A DNA stretch of 64,000 nt from an uncultured Actinomycetes bacterium (GTDB lineage: Bacteria; Actinomycetota; UBA4738; HRBIN12). Of the stretch, positions 19,403 to 31,579 are shown piece after piece. How positions within the stretch are numbered: the first letter of the stretch is position 1; each line of letters opens with the position of its first letter. The stretch spans positions 12,613 to 76,612 of the forward strand of contig CAVSLX010000019.1 of assembly GCA_963728735.1 (NCBI GenBank), in the 5' to 3' direction. Made by a program: the position numbers and the translations under genes. The notes below the pieces were generated by a model. It saw nothing but the letters and a program-made list of their open reading frames with translations. It did not search any database and was not told where the DNA came from.

Positions 19403-19441
19403 TTTCGTCCGTCGAGCGCTCGGTCATCGGGCGTCGGTGCT

Positions 19442-20326
19442 TCACGGGCGCTCGGGCGGCGGGCGGTCGGGTCGCTCGCCGCCGGCGACCGCCGCCACCA
19501 CCGTGAAGTCCAACTCGTCGAGCCCGAGGGCGCGCACCTCGTCGAACCACGAGGCGGCGGCCGCGACGAGCCGCTGCTCGGAACCGCCGGCGCCGGCCTC
19601 GAGCCCGATCGCGAGGTCCTTGGCGGCGAGCGACGCCTTGAACCGCGGTGCGAAGTCGCGCGGTTCGAGCCGATCGCGCACGTACCGGACGGCGTCGCCG
19701 AGGGAGGTCTGCTCGAGGAGGTCGAACGCGGCCTCGCGGGTGAGGCCGAGGCGTTGGGCGAGCGCCAGGGCCTCGCCGACGAGCACGATCGCGCCGATCA
19801 CCGCCACGTTGTTGACGAGCTTCGCGGCCTGGCCGGCGCCGAGCTCCCCGACGTAGGTGGGCTCGCCCATGACCGCGAGGAGGTCGCGCCAGCGCTCGAA
19901 CACCTCCCGGTCGCCCCCGACCACGATGCCGAGGGACGCGGCGCGAGCCTTGTCCACGCTCCCGCGCACCGGGGCGTCGAGCACCTCGACCCCCTCCGGC
20001 AGGCGCGCCGCGACGCCGCGGATCGGCGCCGGCCCCACGGTGGACAGGTCGATCAAGGCGGCGCCGGGACGGATCGTCTCGGCGACGCCGGCACCGCCGA
20101 ACACGACCGCCTCGAGCGCAGCGGGGTCGGTGAGCATGGTGAAGATCGCGTCGGCGCGGGCGGCCGCATCGGCGGGCGAGCCCGCCACGGTGGCGCCCGC
20201 CCGGGCGAGCGGTTCGGCGCGCTCGGACGTGCGGTTCCACACGGTGAGGTCGTGGCCGGCGGCGAGGAGGTTCGCGGCCATCAGCGACCCCATCTGCCCG
20301 AGGCCGAGGAACGCCACCTTCGCCAT
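19442..20326 (-). CDS. NAD(P)-dependent oxidoreductase, 3-hydroxyisobutyrate/6-phosphogluconate dehydrogenase-like
   Basis: MAKVAFLGLGQMGSLMAANL Rossmann N-terminus, AKLVNN motif. ATG at 20326. Confidence 0.85.
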   Translation of the reverse strand: MAKVAFLGLGQMGSLMAANLLAAGHDLTVWNRTSERAEPLARAGATVAGSPADAAARADAIFTMLTDPAALEAVVFGGAGVAETIRPGAALIDLSTVGPAPIRGVAARLPEGVEVLDAPVRGSVDKARAASLGIVVGGDREVFERWRDLLAVMGEPTYVGELGAGQAAKLVNNVAVIGAIVLVGEALALAQRLGLTREAAFDLLEQTSLGDAVRYVRDRLEPRDFAPRFKASLAAKDLAIGLEAGAGGSEQRLVAAAASWFDEVRALGLDELDFTVVAAVAGGERPDRPPPERP

Positions 20327-20452
20327 GTCGGGCAGCCTACGCGGGGCGGTGCTCTCCGTCCTCGCGGGCCAGAGGTGGGGAGCTATCGCCGACCGCGTAG
20401 CGACCGTGACGCGCGGCATAGACCGGACACTGCACCTGCAGCACCATGAGGC

Positions 20453-20915
20453 ATGCGGACATGCCGTTCCTGCGGCCGGAACCACCGCCCTTCGAGCGGG
20501 CACCACGAATGCCCGGCGTGTCGCTCACGGGACGAATGCGCCTGCGGCAACCCCAAGCAGGTCAAGTCCCGGACGTGTCGTGCCTGCTGGGAACGAGCAG
20601 GGCAACGGCGCGGACAACTACCACTGGAAGGGCGGCACCACCCGCCACCACGCCGGCTACCTGATGGTCCGCATCCCGGATCATCCGCGTGCCCGGACAG
20701 GCGGGTACGTGTTCGAACACATCATCGTCATGGAACGGGTCCTGGGCCGCCCGCTCTCGCCGGACGAGACCGTCCATCACCTGAACGGGGTCCGTGACGA
20801 CAACCGACCGGAGAACCTCGAGCTGTGGGTTCGTCCGCAACCGCCGGGGATCCGCGCCCGCGACGCCGTCGCGTGGGCACGAGAGATCCTCGCGAGGCAT
20901 GGAGACCTGGGATAA
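20453..20915 (+). pseudogene. HNH endonuclease, one frameshift near 20588
   Basis: Cys-rich N-terminus MRTCRSCGRNH...CPAC...CRACW in ORF 20453..20797. It continues in the frame of ORF 19857..20915: NEQGNGADNYHWKGG...GYVFEHIIVMERVLGRPL...VHHLNGVRDDNRPENLELW. Confidence 0.7.
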
Positions 20916-20928
20916 ACACCCCCAACAA

Positions 20929-20956
20929 CATTGCGCACCTTGCTTGCAGCGCAATG
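20929..20956. terminator. stem-loop CATTGCGC-N12-GCGCAATG between the HNH gene and the tmRNA 3' end
   Basis: 8-bp perfect inverted repeat. On the minus strand it is followed by TTGTTGGGGGTGTTT. Could terminate ssrA and possibly the convergent HNH gene. Confidence 0.45.
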
Positions 20957-20960
20957 CTCT

Positions 20961-21308
20961 TGGAGGTGGCGGGATTTGAACCCGCGTCTTCGGGCGACCG
21001 CATGGGTCTTCTCCGGGCGCAGCCGACGGAAAGATCTCGCCTCGAGGCTCCCGTCGGCGGAGGACCTCTCGGCCAACCCGGGAAAGGTGTCCCTCATCGG
21101 CCCCCGGGCGGGACCGTTGAGGTGAGCCTGCTCAGTGACGCTCGACCCTCGATCGCAGGCGCACGAGGCGAACGGCTACCTAGAGACTAGGCAGCGAGCG
21201 CGTACTCATCGTTGGCGCTTGTATTGGTCCGGCGTTTAACGAGACATCCGGGATCTCGGCCCGCTTCTCCCAGACGGTGATCGTCCGAATCGAAGCCAGT
21301 ACACCCCC
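20961..21308 (-). ncRNA. ssrA: tmRNA (SsrA), 348 nt
   Basis: 5' GGGGGTGTACTGGCTTCGA. 3' GCGGGTTCAAATCCCGCCACCTCCA (T-arm and acceptor). Acceptor pairing includes G3:U. CCA is not encoded. Tag reading frame GCC AAC GAT GAG TAC GCG CTC GCT GCC TAG (ANDEYALAA) at 21187-21216. Lies downstream of smpB. Confidence 0.9.
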
Positions 21309-21359
21309 ATATGTAGTTGTCCCTGCAGTATACGGCGGCCGCCGACACGTGCGGACGGT

Positions 21360-21830
21360 TCAGCGGCGGCGGCCCGCGGCTCGCTCGATCTCGCGCTGCG
21401 CCTCACGCTTCGCGATCGCCTGGCGCTTCTCGTGGCGACGCTTACCCCGCCCGAGGCCGAGCTCGACCTTCGCGAGGCCGTGGGCGAAGTACACGCGCAG
21501 CGGCACGACCGAGTGACCCTTCTCACGGATCTCTGCGTGGAGATGCTCGATCTCGTCGCGGTGCAGGAGGAGCTTTCGTGGGCGAAGGGGCTGGTGCTTC
21601 TTCGTGTCGCCCTGCTCGTAGGCGGGGATGTGCATGCCTTCGAGCCAGGCCTCGCCGCCGTGCACCCGCGCGTAGCAGTCCACGAGGGACGCCCGGCCGC
21701 CGCGGAGCGACTTCACCTCGTCGCCGGTGAGCTGGATCCCCGCCTCGAGCTGCTCGACGATCTCGTAGTCGTGGCGAGCCTTCCGGTTCGAGGCGACGGT
21801 CTTGTCACCGTCATCGCGCCCACCGCCCAT
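21360..21830 (-). CDS. smpB: SsrA-binding protein SmpB
   Basis: NRKARHDYEI...LTGDEVKSLR...RKLLLHRDEI...VPLRVYF. Confidence 0.9.
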   Translation of the reverse strand: MGGGRDDGDKTVASNRKARHDYEIVEQLEAGIQLTGDEVKSLRGGRASLVDCYARVHGGEAWLEGMHIPAYEQGDTKKHQPLRPRKLLLHRDEIEHLHAEIREKGHSVVPLRVYFAHGLAKVELGLGRGKRRHEKRQAIAKREAQREIERAAGRRR

Positions 21831-21836
21831 CGGGGC

Positions 21837-22751
21837 TCAGACGTCGAGGAAGCGACGCATGCCGATCGTGCCGGCGATCACCGCGACGATGGCGGCCGCG
21901 GCGACGATCCATGGCGCGACGGCGAGCACGTCGGAGTTCCGAACGAGGGGGAAGAACGGGATCTCGCCCCGGAGACGGTCGATGAAGACGACCTTGACCA
22001 GGAACAGCGCGAAAATCGCCGCGGCGGCGCCGAACAGCGACTCCACGAGCCCCTCGATCAGGAACGGCACCCGGATCCGCCAGTTCGTCGCGCCGACCAG
22101 GCGCATGATGCCGATCTCCTTGCGGCGCGCGAACATGCCCATCCGCAGCGTGTTCGCCACCAGAGCGACGGCGGAGGCGAGCATGATCACCGCGACCGAG
22201 AGCACCCCGATCGACAGCACCCGGGTGATCGCGACGAGCCGATCGAGCAGCTCGCGATAGTCGGCGACCTGCCGGACGCCGGGCTCGGCGCACGCGATCT
22301 CACCCGTGTCGCTCGGCTCGCAGCCCAGCCTCGCGGGGATCTGTTCGTAGAGAGCCGGGTCGGCGAGATTCACCCGGAGCGACGCGGGGATCACCTCCGC
22401 GCAGTCGACGTTCTCGGTGATCGACCGCTGGTTCCGGAAGATCTCGAGGAAGCGCGCGCACGCTTGTTCTTTGGTCTCGTACGTGACGTCGCCGACCGCG
22501 GGCAGTTCCTGCAGCATGTCGGTCAGGCGCGCCACCGTTTCGGGCTTCACGGGGTCGTCGAGGTATACGGCGACCTGCACGTTGCCGGTCCAGGCGTCGA
22601 TCACGAGATCGAACTCGCGCGCGATCAACAGGGCCAGGCCGAACAGGAACAGCGCGATGAACGCCGTCGACATCGCCGCGAACGCCACGATGCCGTTGCG
22701 CCGCAACCCGGCGGCCGTCTCCCTGAAGTAGTACTCCAGACGCGGGGCCAT
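21837..22751 (-). CDS. ftsX: cell division permease-like protein FtsX
   Basis: YYFRETAAGLRRNG N-terminus, four TM segments, adjacent to ftsE. Confidence 0.9.
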   Translation of the reverse strand: MAPRLEYYFRETAAGLRRNGIVAFAAMSTAFIALFLFGLALLIAREFDLVIDAWTGNVQVAVYLDDPVKPETVARLTDMLQELPAVGDVTYETKEQACARFLEIFRNQRSITENVDCAEVIPASLRVNLADPALYEQIPARLGCEPSDTGEIACAEPGVRQVADYRELLDRLVAITRVLSIGVLSVAVIMLASAVALVANTLRMGMFARRKEIGIMRLVGATNWRIRVPFLIEGLVESLFGAAAAIFALFLVKVVFIDRLRGEIPFFPLVRNSDVLAVAPWIVAAAAIVAVIAGTIGMRRFLDV

Positions 22752-23429
22752 CTAGCTGTAGACCCCACGGCTCTGGTCGCGCACCACGTGGCCCTTGTCG
22801 AGCTCGATCACGCGCTTGCGCATCGCGTCGACGATCGCCTGGTCGTGCGTCGCCATGACGACCGTCGTCCCGATCCTGTTCACCTTGTCGAGCAGCCGCA
22901 TGATGTCGACGCTTGTGTTGGGGTCGAGGTTGCCGGTCGGCTCGTCGGCGAGGAGCACCAGCGGACGGTTCACGCACGCCCTCGCGATCGACACCCGTTG
23001 CTGCTCGCCACCCGACAGCTCGTCCGGGTAGTTGTTGAGCTTGTCGCCGAGCCCCACGTAGTCGAGGATCTCGGGCACCCGCTGGTCGATCACGTGCTTC
23101 GGCTTGCCGATCACCTCGAGGGCGAACGCGACGTTGCCGAACGCCGTCTTGTCCTGGAGGAGCTTGTAGTCCTGGAAGACGGTGCCGATGTTCCGCCGCA
23201 GATGGGGCACCTTGAACGACGTGATCTTCGCCAGGTTCTTGCCGGCCACGTACACGTCACCGTTCGTCGTCTCCTCCTCCTTGAGCAGGAGGCGGATCAG
23301 GGTCGACTTGCCGGAGCCGGAGGGGCCGACGACGAACACGAACTCGCCCTTGTCGATCTCGAGATCGACGCCGGCGAGCGCGGTCACGCCGTTGCGGTAC
23401 ATCTTCGTGACGTGCTGAAGGCTGATCAT
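22752..23429 (-). CDS. ftsE: cell division ATP-binding protein FtsE
   Basis: [29 protein letters not shown]. Confidence 0.9.
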   Translation of the reverse strand: MISLQHVTKMYRNGVTALAGVDLEIDKGEFVFVVGPSGSGKSTLIRLLLKEEETTNGDVYVAGKNLAKITSFKVPHLRRNIGTVFQDYKLLQDKTAFGNVAFALEVIGKPKHVIDQRVPEILDYVGLGDKLNNYPDELSGGEQQRVSIARACVNRPLVLLADEPTGNLDPNTSVDIMRLLDKVNRIGTTVVMATHDQAIVDAMRKRVIELDKGHVVRDQSRGVYS

Positions 23430-23521
23430 GGATGAGTGGTCGGTGCGTGGGGAGATCGGGGAAGACCGGCCTACGCTACCAGAGGCATTCCCGCAGGTCG
23501 CGGAAGCTTCGCCGATAGGCT

Positions 23522-25950
23522 GTGGCGATGGTGCGGCGGGCCGGGGCGTGGGCGGGACCGGTGCTCGTCACCGGCCTCGTGCTGTTCACGCTCCGGGGTT
23601 TCGTCTTCGAGGCACAGCTGACGAAGGAACATTCCGATCTGCTGTCGTTCTGGCTCCCCCGATGGTCCTTCCTCGGCCGCCAGGTCGCCGACCTGTCGCT
23701 CCCGGCCTGGAACCCCTTCGAGATGCTCGGCTACCGCTTCGCGGCCGATCCGCAGGGAGGCTGGCTCTACGCCGCGCCGATGGCGTTGTTCTCGACGCTG
23801 TCGCCGAGCGTCGCGATGCGCGCGATGCTCGTCCTGCATCCGCTGCTCGCGGGGCTCGGCCTCTACGCCTTCCTGCGGATCGAACGACTCGACCGGATCC
23901 CGGCGACGGTCGGAACCCTCTCGATCGCCGCGATGATGACGACGTCGGAGCTCGTGCTCTCGATGCCGTTCGCCGGCTTCCTCGCGTGGACGACGATCGT
24001 CCTCGTCGGCGCGGCGGGGTTCCGCCGGGCCGCGCGGCCGTCCGGGCGCCTCGCGTGGCTCGCGCTCGCCGCGTTCGCCTGGTCGCAGGTCGCGGGCGCC
24101 CACCTCTCGCACGGGCTCGCGATGTGCACGTTGCTCGTCGCGGCCTACCTCGTCGCGCACGCGGTGATCGCCGCTCGCACCGGTGAGGGATGGTGGCCCG
24201 CGGACGCGGGCCGGATCGTCGTGTTCGTCACCGTGTTGCCGCTCGCGTCGCTCGCGATCCTCGTGCCGCGCTTCGACCTGATCGGCGAGTCCAGCCTTCG
24301 CGAGGGGTACGCGGCGCTCGAGGACGGGGTCGAGGCCCCCAGCACCCTCGGGGATCGCGCCGTGCAGGTCGACGGGGTGTGGGCGGGGTGGCCGCTGAGC
24401 CTGTCGAGCTCGCCGGGCGCCTACGCGGGCGCCGCCGTCCTGCTCGCCGTGCCGCTCGCGCTCCGGGCCAGGAGGCGACGCGCCCTCGTGTGGGGCGTCG
24501 GCATCACCTTCGCGATCGGCTACGTGCTGCTCCTCGACGCGGTGATCGCCGGGTGGCCGGGCGACCTGATCGCGGCGCTGCCCTTCGGCGACACGCTGAT
24601 CCACAACCCCGGACGGTTCCGCTACCTCGCCGTGCTCGCCGCCCCGATCCTCGGCGCGGCCGGGATCCAGGGGCTCCGGGACGACCCGCTGCCGGCTCGC
24701 CGGCTCGCGCCCTGGGTCGCCGGCGGCGTGATGCTCTGGCTCCTCCTACCGGTCGCCGCCGGCGGCAACGGCCTGCATTGGGCGTTGTTCGCCGCCGCCG
24801 CCGTCCCGGCGTCCATCGGCCTCGCGGCGTGGCGCGGGCGTCGCCGGTGGGCACCCGCCGCCCTCGTGGGCCTCGTGCTCGTCGAAGCGATCGTCGGCTC
24901 GATCGTGGCGAGCCGGTACACGGGCTTCACGATGTTCGTCGGGCTCGAGGGCGAGAGCTCGTCGCCGAACGCCGTGCTGCAACCCCTGCGCGCGCCCGAC
25001 GTCGACCTGGAGGCGTTCCTCGAGCCCGGCCCGTTCGTTCCCATCATCGGTGACGATCGGTACCTCACGTGGGCGCCCCCGCGGCCGTGTACCAGCGGGG
25101 ATACCTCGCGGCCCAGGAGCCGGCCGACTGGCCCGCGCTCGCCCTGGAGCGCGGGACGCTCTTCGGCGTCCGCGACGTCCTCGGGTACAACCCCGTCCAG
25201 TTGATCCGCTACTGGACGTGGATCCGGGTCGCGAACGAGCTTCCGCTGTTCTACAACGCGACCTCGATCCAGCGCCCGACGCGGCGCGACGTCGAGCTGG
25301 CCGGCATCCGGTTCCTCGTCGTCCCCGAGGGCGTCCCGCCGACGCTGCCGGGCCATGTCGTGGCGAACGCCGACGGCTACGACCTCGTCGAGGTCGACGA
25401 CCCGCCGCCGATGGCCTCGGTCGTCACGGACTGGGACGTCGCGCCCGGCCCCGACGACGCGTTCGCGGCGATCCTCGACCCGACGTTCGACCCCCTCGAT
25501 CGAGCGATCGTCGAAGGCGACCCCCGGATCGCACCGACCGCTGACGGCGAGAAGGGGTCGGCGACCTACGAGGAAGGCTCCCCCACCGAGGTCCGCGTCA
25601 CGGTGACGGCGACGGCACCGTCGATCGTCGTCGTGCGGCAGAGCTTCGACGACGGCTGGTCGGCCACGGTCGACGGCGCATCGGCGCCGGTCCTGCCGGC
25701 CGACGGGTTCCTGCTGGGCGTGCCGGTCGAGGCCGGCGCCCACGAGATCCGGCTGACCTACCGCGACGATGCGGTCGCGATCGGACTGTGGCTCTCGGGT
25801 GCGGTGTGGCTCGCGATGCTGAGCACCTTCGTCGTGATGCTCGGCCGCGAGCGCCGCACGGCGTCGGCGTCGGCAGCGACATCGTCGCGCCGCGCTACGA
25901 GCTCGCCGTCGCGGCCTCGGACGCCCGCCGACGGAGCTCCGCCTCGATGA
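23522..25950 (+). pseudogene. YfhO-like polytopic membrane protein, one frameshift near 25075
   Basis: N-terminal pattern LSFWLPRWSF...LPAWNPFEMLGYRFAADPQGGWLYAP. C-terminal pattern SIVVVRQSFDDGWSATVDGASAPVLPADGFLLGVPVEAGAHEIRLTYRD in ORF 25069..25950. The 3' end is uncertain because it overlaps the prfB 3' end. Confidence 0.65.
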
Positions 25951-27017
25951 ACCGGTCGAGGTCGCCGTCGAGCACGCGCTGCGGGTCGCCGACCTCGACG
26001 TCGGTCCGGTGGTCCTTGACCATCTGGTAGGGCGCGAGCACGTACGAACGGATCTGCGAGCCGAAGTCGACGGCCTTGCGCTCGCCGCGGATCTCGTCCA
26101 TCTGCTCCTCGCGGCGCTGACGGTCGAGCTCGGCGAGGCGCGCCTTCAGGATCGACATCGCGACCGCGCGGTTCTGCATCTGCGAACGCTCGTTCTGGCA
26201 CGCGACCACGATGCCGCTCGGCAGATGGGTGATGCGCACCGCCGAGTCGGTCGTGTTCACCGACTGCCCCCCGGGCCCGCTCGAGCGGTAGACGTCGATC
26301 CGCAGATCCTTCTCGTCGATCTCGACGTCCTCGGCCTGCGCCTCGTCGAGCGCCGGGATCACGTCGAGCGAGGCGAACGACGTGTGACGCCGCTTCTGCT
26401 GGTCGAACGGGCTGATCCGCACGAGCCGATGCACGCCGCGTTCGGCCGCGAGCAGCCCGTAGGCGGTGTGGCCGTGCACCTGGAACGTCGCCGACTTGAT
26501 CCCGGCCTCCTCGCCGTGATGGATCTCGTCGACCTCGATCTTGAAGCCGTGTTCTTCGGCCCAGCGCATGTACATGCGCAGCAGCATCTCGGCCCAGTCC
26601 TGGCTCTCGGTGCCGCCGGCGCCGGCGTTCACCGTGGCGATCGCGTCGTTCGCGTCGTAGTCCCCGGAGAGCATCGCGGCGAGCTCGACCTTCTCGAGAT
26701 CGGCAGCGAGCGTTTCGACGCCGGCGGCGAGCTCCCTCGCCAGCTCGGGGTCGTCGGCGTCCTCGAGGAGCTCGTCGATCGCGACCACGTCACCGAGCTT
26801 GCGCTGCAGCGCGTCGTACTGGTCGACGACGACCTTGAGCCGCGAGAGCCTCTGCGTCAGCTGCTGACCGCGCGCCGGATCGTCCCACAGCGTCGGATCG
26901 GACGCCTCCCGCTCGAGCTCGTCGGCACGTGCCCGCTTGCCGTCGACGTCAAAGGAACCCCCTGGCGGCGTGGACGCGCTCGGCGAGCTCTTTGAGGCGG
27001 TCGGTGTGATCACTCAT
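25895..27017 (-). CDS. prfB: peptide chain release factor 2, requires programmed +1 frameshift
   Basis: SPF and GGQ motifs. Frame 0 reads MSDHTDRLKELAERVHAARGFL then TGA at 26951..26949. The +1 frame continues DVDGKRARADELE.... Confidence 0.9.
26948..26963 (-). promoter_or_regulatory. RF2 autoregulatory +1 frameshift site AGGGGG TTC CTT TGA C
   Basis: Read directly on the minus strand. Same architecture as the E. coli site AGG GGG TAT CTT TGA C. Confidence 0.85.
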
Positions 27018-27038
27018 CGCGCCTGCGAGTCTACCGGG

Positions 27039-27491
27039 GTGATCCGACCGCTCGGACCCGCCGACGCCGAGGCGTGCGACGCCATCGTTGCCTCGCTGCC
27101 CGATTGGTTCGGGCTGGCCGAGGGTATCCGGCAGGCCGCCGAGATCGTGCGCCGTCACGAGGGATACGCGGCGGAGCTGGACGGGACCGTGATCGGGTTC
27201 CTCACCCTCGACCAGCGGCACCGGCAGTCATCCGAGATCTCCTGGATGGCCGTGCACCGAGACCACCGGCGCACGGGCGTCGGCGGTGCCCTGCTCGGCA
27301 GGGCGACGCAGGACCTGCGGGCTCGCGGCGTCCGGCTGTTGGTGGTGAAGACGTTGTCGGACCGCGTCGATCCCGGACCGGCGTACGCGCAGACCCGCGC
27401 CTTCTACCTGTCCGAGGGCTTCGTGCCGGTGCTGGAACTCGACATCTGGGGTCCCGAGAACCCCTGTCAGGTGCTCGTCCTGCCGCTCTGA
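27039..27491 (+). CDS. GNAT-family N-acetyltransferase
   Basis: Acetyl-CoA pocket MAVHRDHRRTGVGGALL. Start uncertain (GTG at 27039 or 27006). Confidence 0.7.
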   Translation: MIRPLGPADAEACDAIVASLPDWFGLAEGIRQAAEIVRRHEGYAAELDGTVIGFLTLDQRHRQSSEISWMAVHRDHRRTGVGGALLGRATQDLRARGVRLLVVKTLSDRVDPGPAYAQTRAFYLSEGFVPVLELDIWGPENPCQVLVLPL

Positions 27492-27503
27492 CGGGGCGGG
27501 TCG

Positions 27504-30260
<2,757 letters not shown>

Positions 30261-30329
30261 TGGACTCCTTCAGCGGACGGGGATACCGAGGAAGTTTAGC
30301 CGAGGGTTCGGCGACACCGGGGCGGCGGT

Positions 30330-31562
30330 TCAGGTGGTGGCGACGGCGCGCGCCCGCAGACCGGTGCCCACGACCACCATGACGGCGGCCACGAGCACCG
30401 CCATCCCGAGGGCGAGCGTGCGGTACCCGGCCGCCTCGAGCACGAGGGCGCCCACGAGCCCGGCGGTCGCCGAGCACGCGCTCGCGAGCAGGTCGGTGAA
30501 TCCGAGCGCGCCGGCCCGCTCGCGCGGCGAGGTCACGTCGCTGATCACGGTGGTCGCGCCGAGGAACAGCGCCGACCAGCCGATACCGATCAGGAACAGC
30601 CCCAGGCCGATGAGCGTCGCGGAAGCTTCGGTCGCCGCCAGCAGCGCGCCGACCACGGTCACCCCTCCACCGGCGAGCAGGCCCGGCCGCCGGCCGTAGC
30701 GATCCATCGCGGCACCGATCAGGGGTGAGAAGGCGAACATGCCGGCGATGTGCACGCTGATCACCCACGAGATCGTCGTGCCGCCGTGGCCGTGGTGGTC
30801 GAGGGCGTTGGGCGTGACGCCCATCACCCCGACCATCGAGAGCTGCCCGATCGACGCCGCGATCACGGCCGTGCGGAACGCCGGGATCCGCAGAAGCTCG
30901 GCGGCGCCTCGTGCCGGCGCCGTGTCGGCGATCGCCTCGGCCGGCGTCGCCGCCGCCGAGAGATCGCGAGGATCGGGCCGCACGGCGAGTACGAGGCCGA
31001 TCGCGACGACCGCCCCGAACGGCACGAGCACCCACGGCACGACGTCGGGGTCGGCACCGCGACGCTCGGCCAGGGCGCGGATCGCCGCGACGAGGAGCGG
31101 GCTTCCGACGGCTCCGATCGTGCCCGCGGCCAGCACGAGGCCGACGGCCTTCGCCCGGGCCGCCGGCACGTACATGTCGGCGATCGCTCCCCGCACGAGC
31201 TGCGCGCCGCCGAAACCGACCCCGAACGGCACCGTCGCCGCGACGAGCCCGGCGAACGACCCGGCGGCGATCGCGGCCCCGCATCCGATCCCGGCCAGCC
31301 CGACCGCGGCGTAGCTCACGAGCAAGCCCGGGCGACGGCCGAAGCGATCCATCGCCCGGCCGATGACCCACGCGCCGACGGCGGCGGAGCCGAAGTACAG
31401 GCCCCAGATCGTCCCCGACGCCCCGTCGCGCCCGGTGATGTCGGCCGCCGCCACGCCGCCGACGACGAGCATCACCGGGAAGGAGATCTGGACGAACGCT
31501 TGCGCGAGCGCGAGCAGCCGGGTGTTGCGTCGAACGGCGGCCTCGCGCTCCACGGCGCGCAT
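30330..31562 (-). CDS. MFS transporter
   Basis: About 12 TM segments, GRAMDRFGRRPG and AAMDRYGRRPG loop motifs. ATG at 31562. Confidence 0.8.
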   Translation of the reverse strand: MRAVEREAAVRRNTRLLALAQAFVQISFPVMLVVGGVAAADITGRDGASGTIWGLYFGSAAVGAWVIGRAMDRFGRRPGLLVSYAAVGLAGIGCGAAIAAGSFAGLVAATVPFGVGFGGAQLVRGAIADMYVPAARAKAVGLVLAAGTIGAVGSPLLVAAIRALAERRGADPDVVPWVLVPFGAVVAIGLVLAVRPDPRDLSAAATPAEAIADTAPARGAAELLRIPAFRTAVIAASIGQLSMVGVMGVTPNALDHHGHGGTTISWVISVHIAGMFAFSPLIGAAMDRYGRRPGLLAGGGVTVVGALLAATEASATLIGLGLFLIGIGWSALFLGATTVISDVTSPRERAGALGFTDLLASACSATAGLVGALVLEAAGYRTLALGMAVLVAAVMVVVGTGLRARAVATT

Positions 31563-31579
31563 CCTAATGGCGTCCGGGC

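Noticed and set aside
19442-21360. Prophage or genomic island integrated at ssrA
   Set aside because: There is only a single HNH gene. No integrase and no duplicated ssrA 3' end were found, and the flanking genes are ordinary metabolic genes.
21432-23435. 667-aa plus-strand ORF
   Set aside because: It is antisense to smpB, ftsX and ftsE, with no recognisable domain.
26949-26951. In-frame TGA in prfB as evidence of a pseudogene
   Set aside because: The site context (AGGGGG-N3-CTT TGA C) is the known programmed +1 frameshift.
27004-27013. TGTGATCAC palindrome as a further copy of the TCACA/TGTGA operator
   Set aside because: It has different half-site order and spacing, and it lies inside the first codons of prfB (MSDHT). 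It is probably coincidental.
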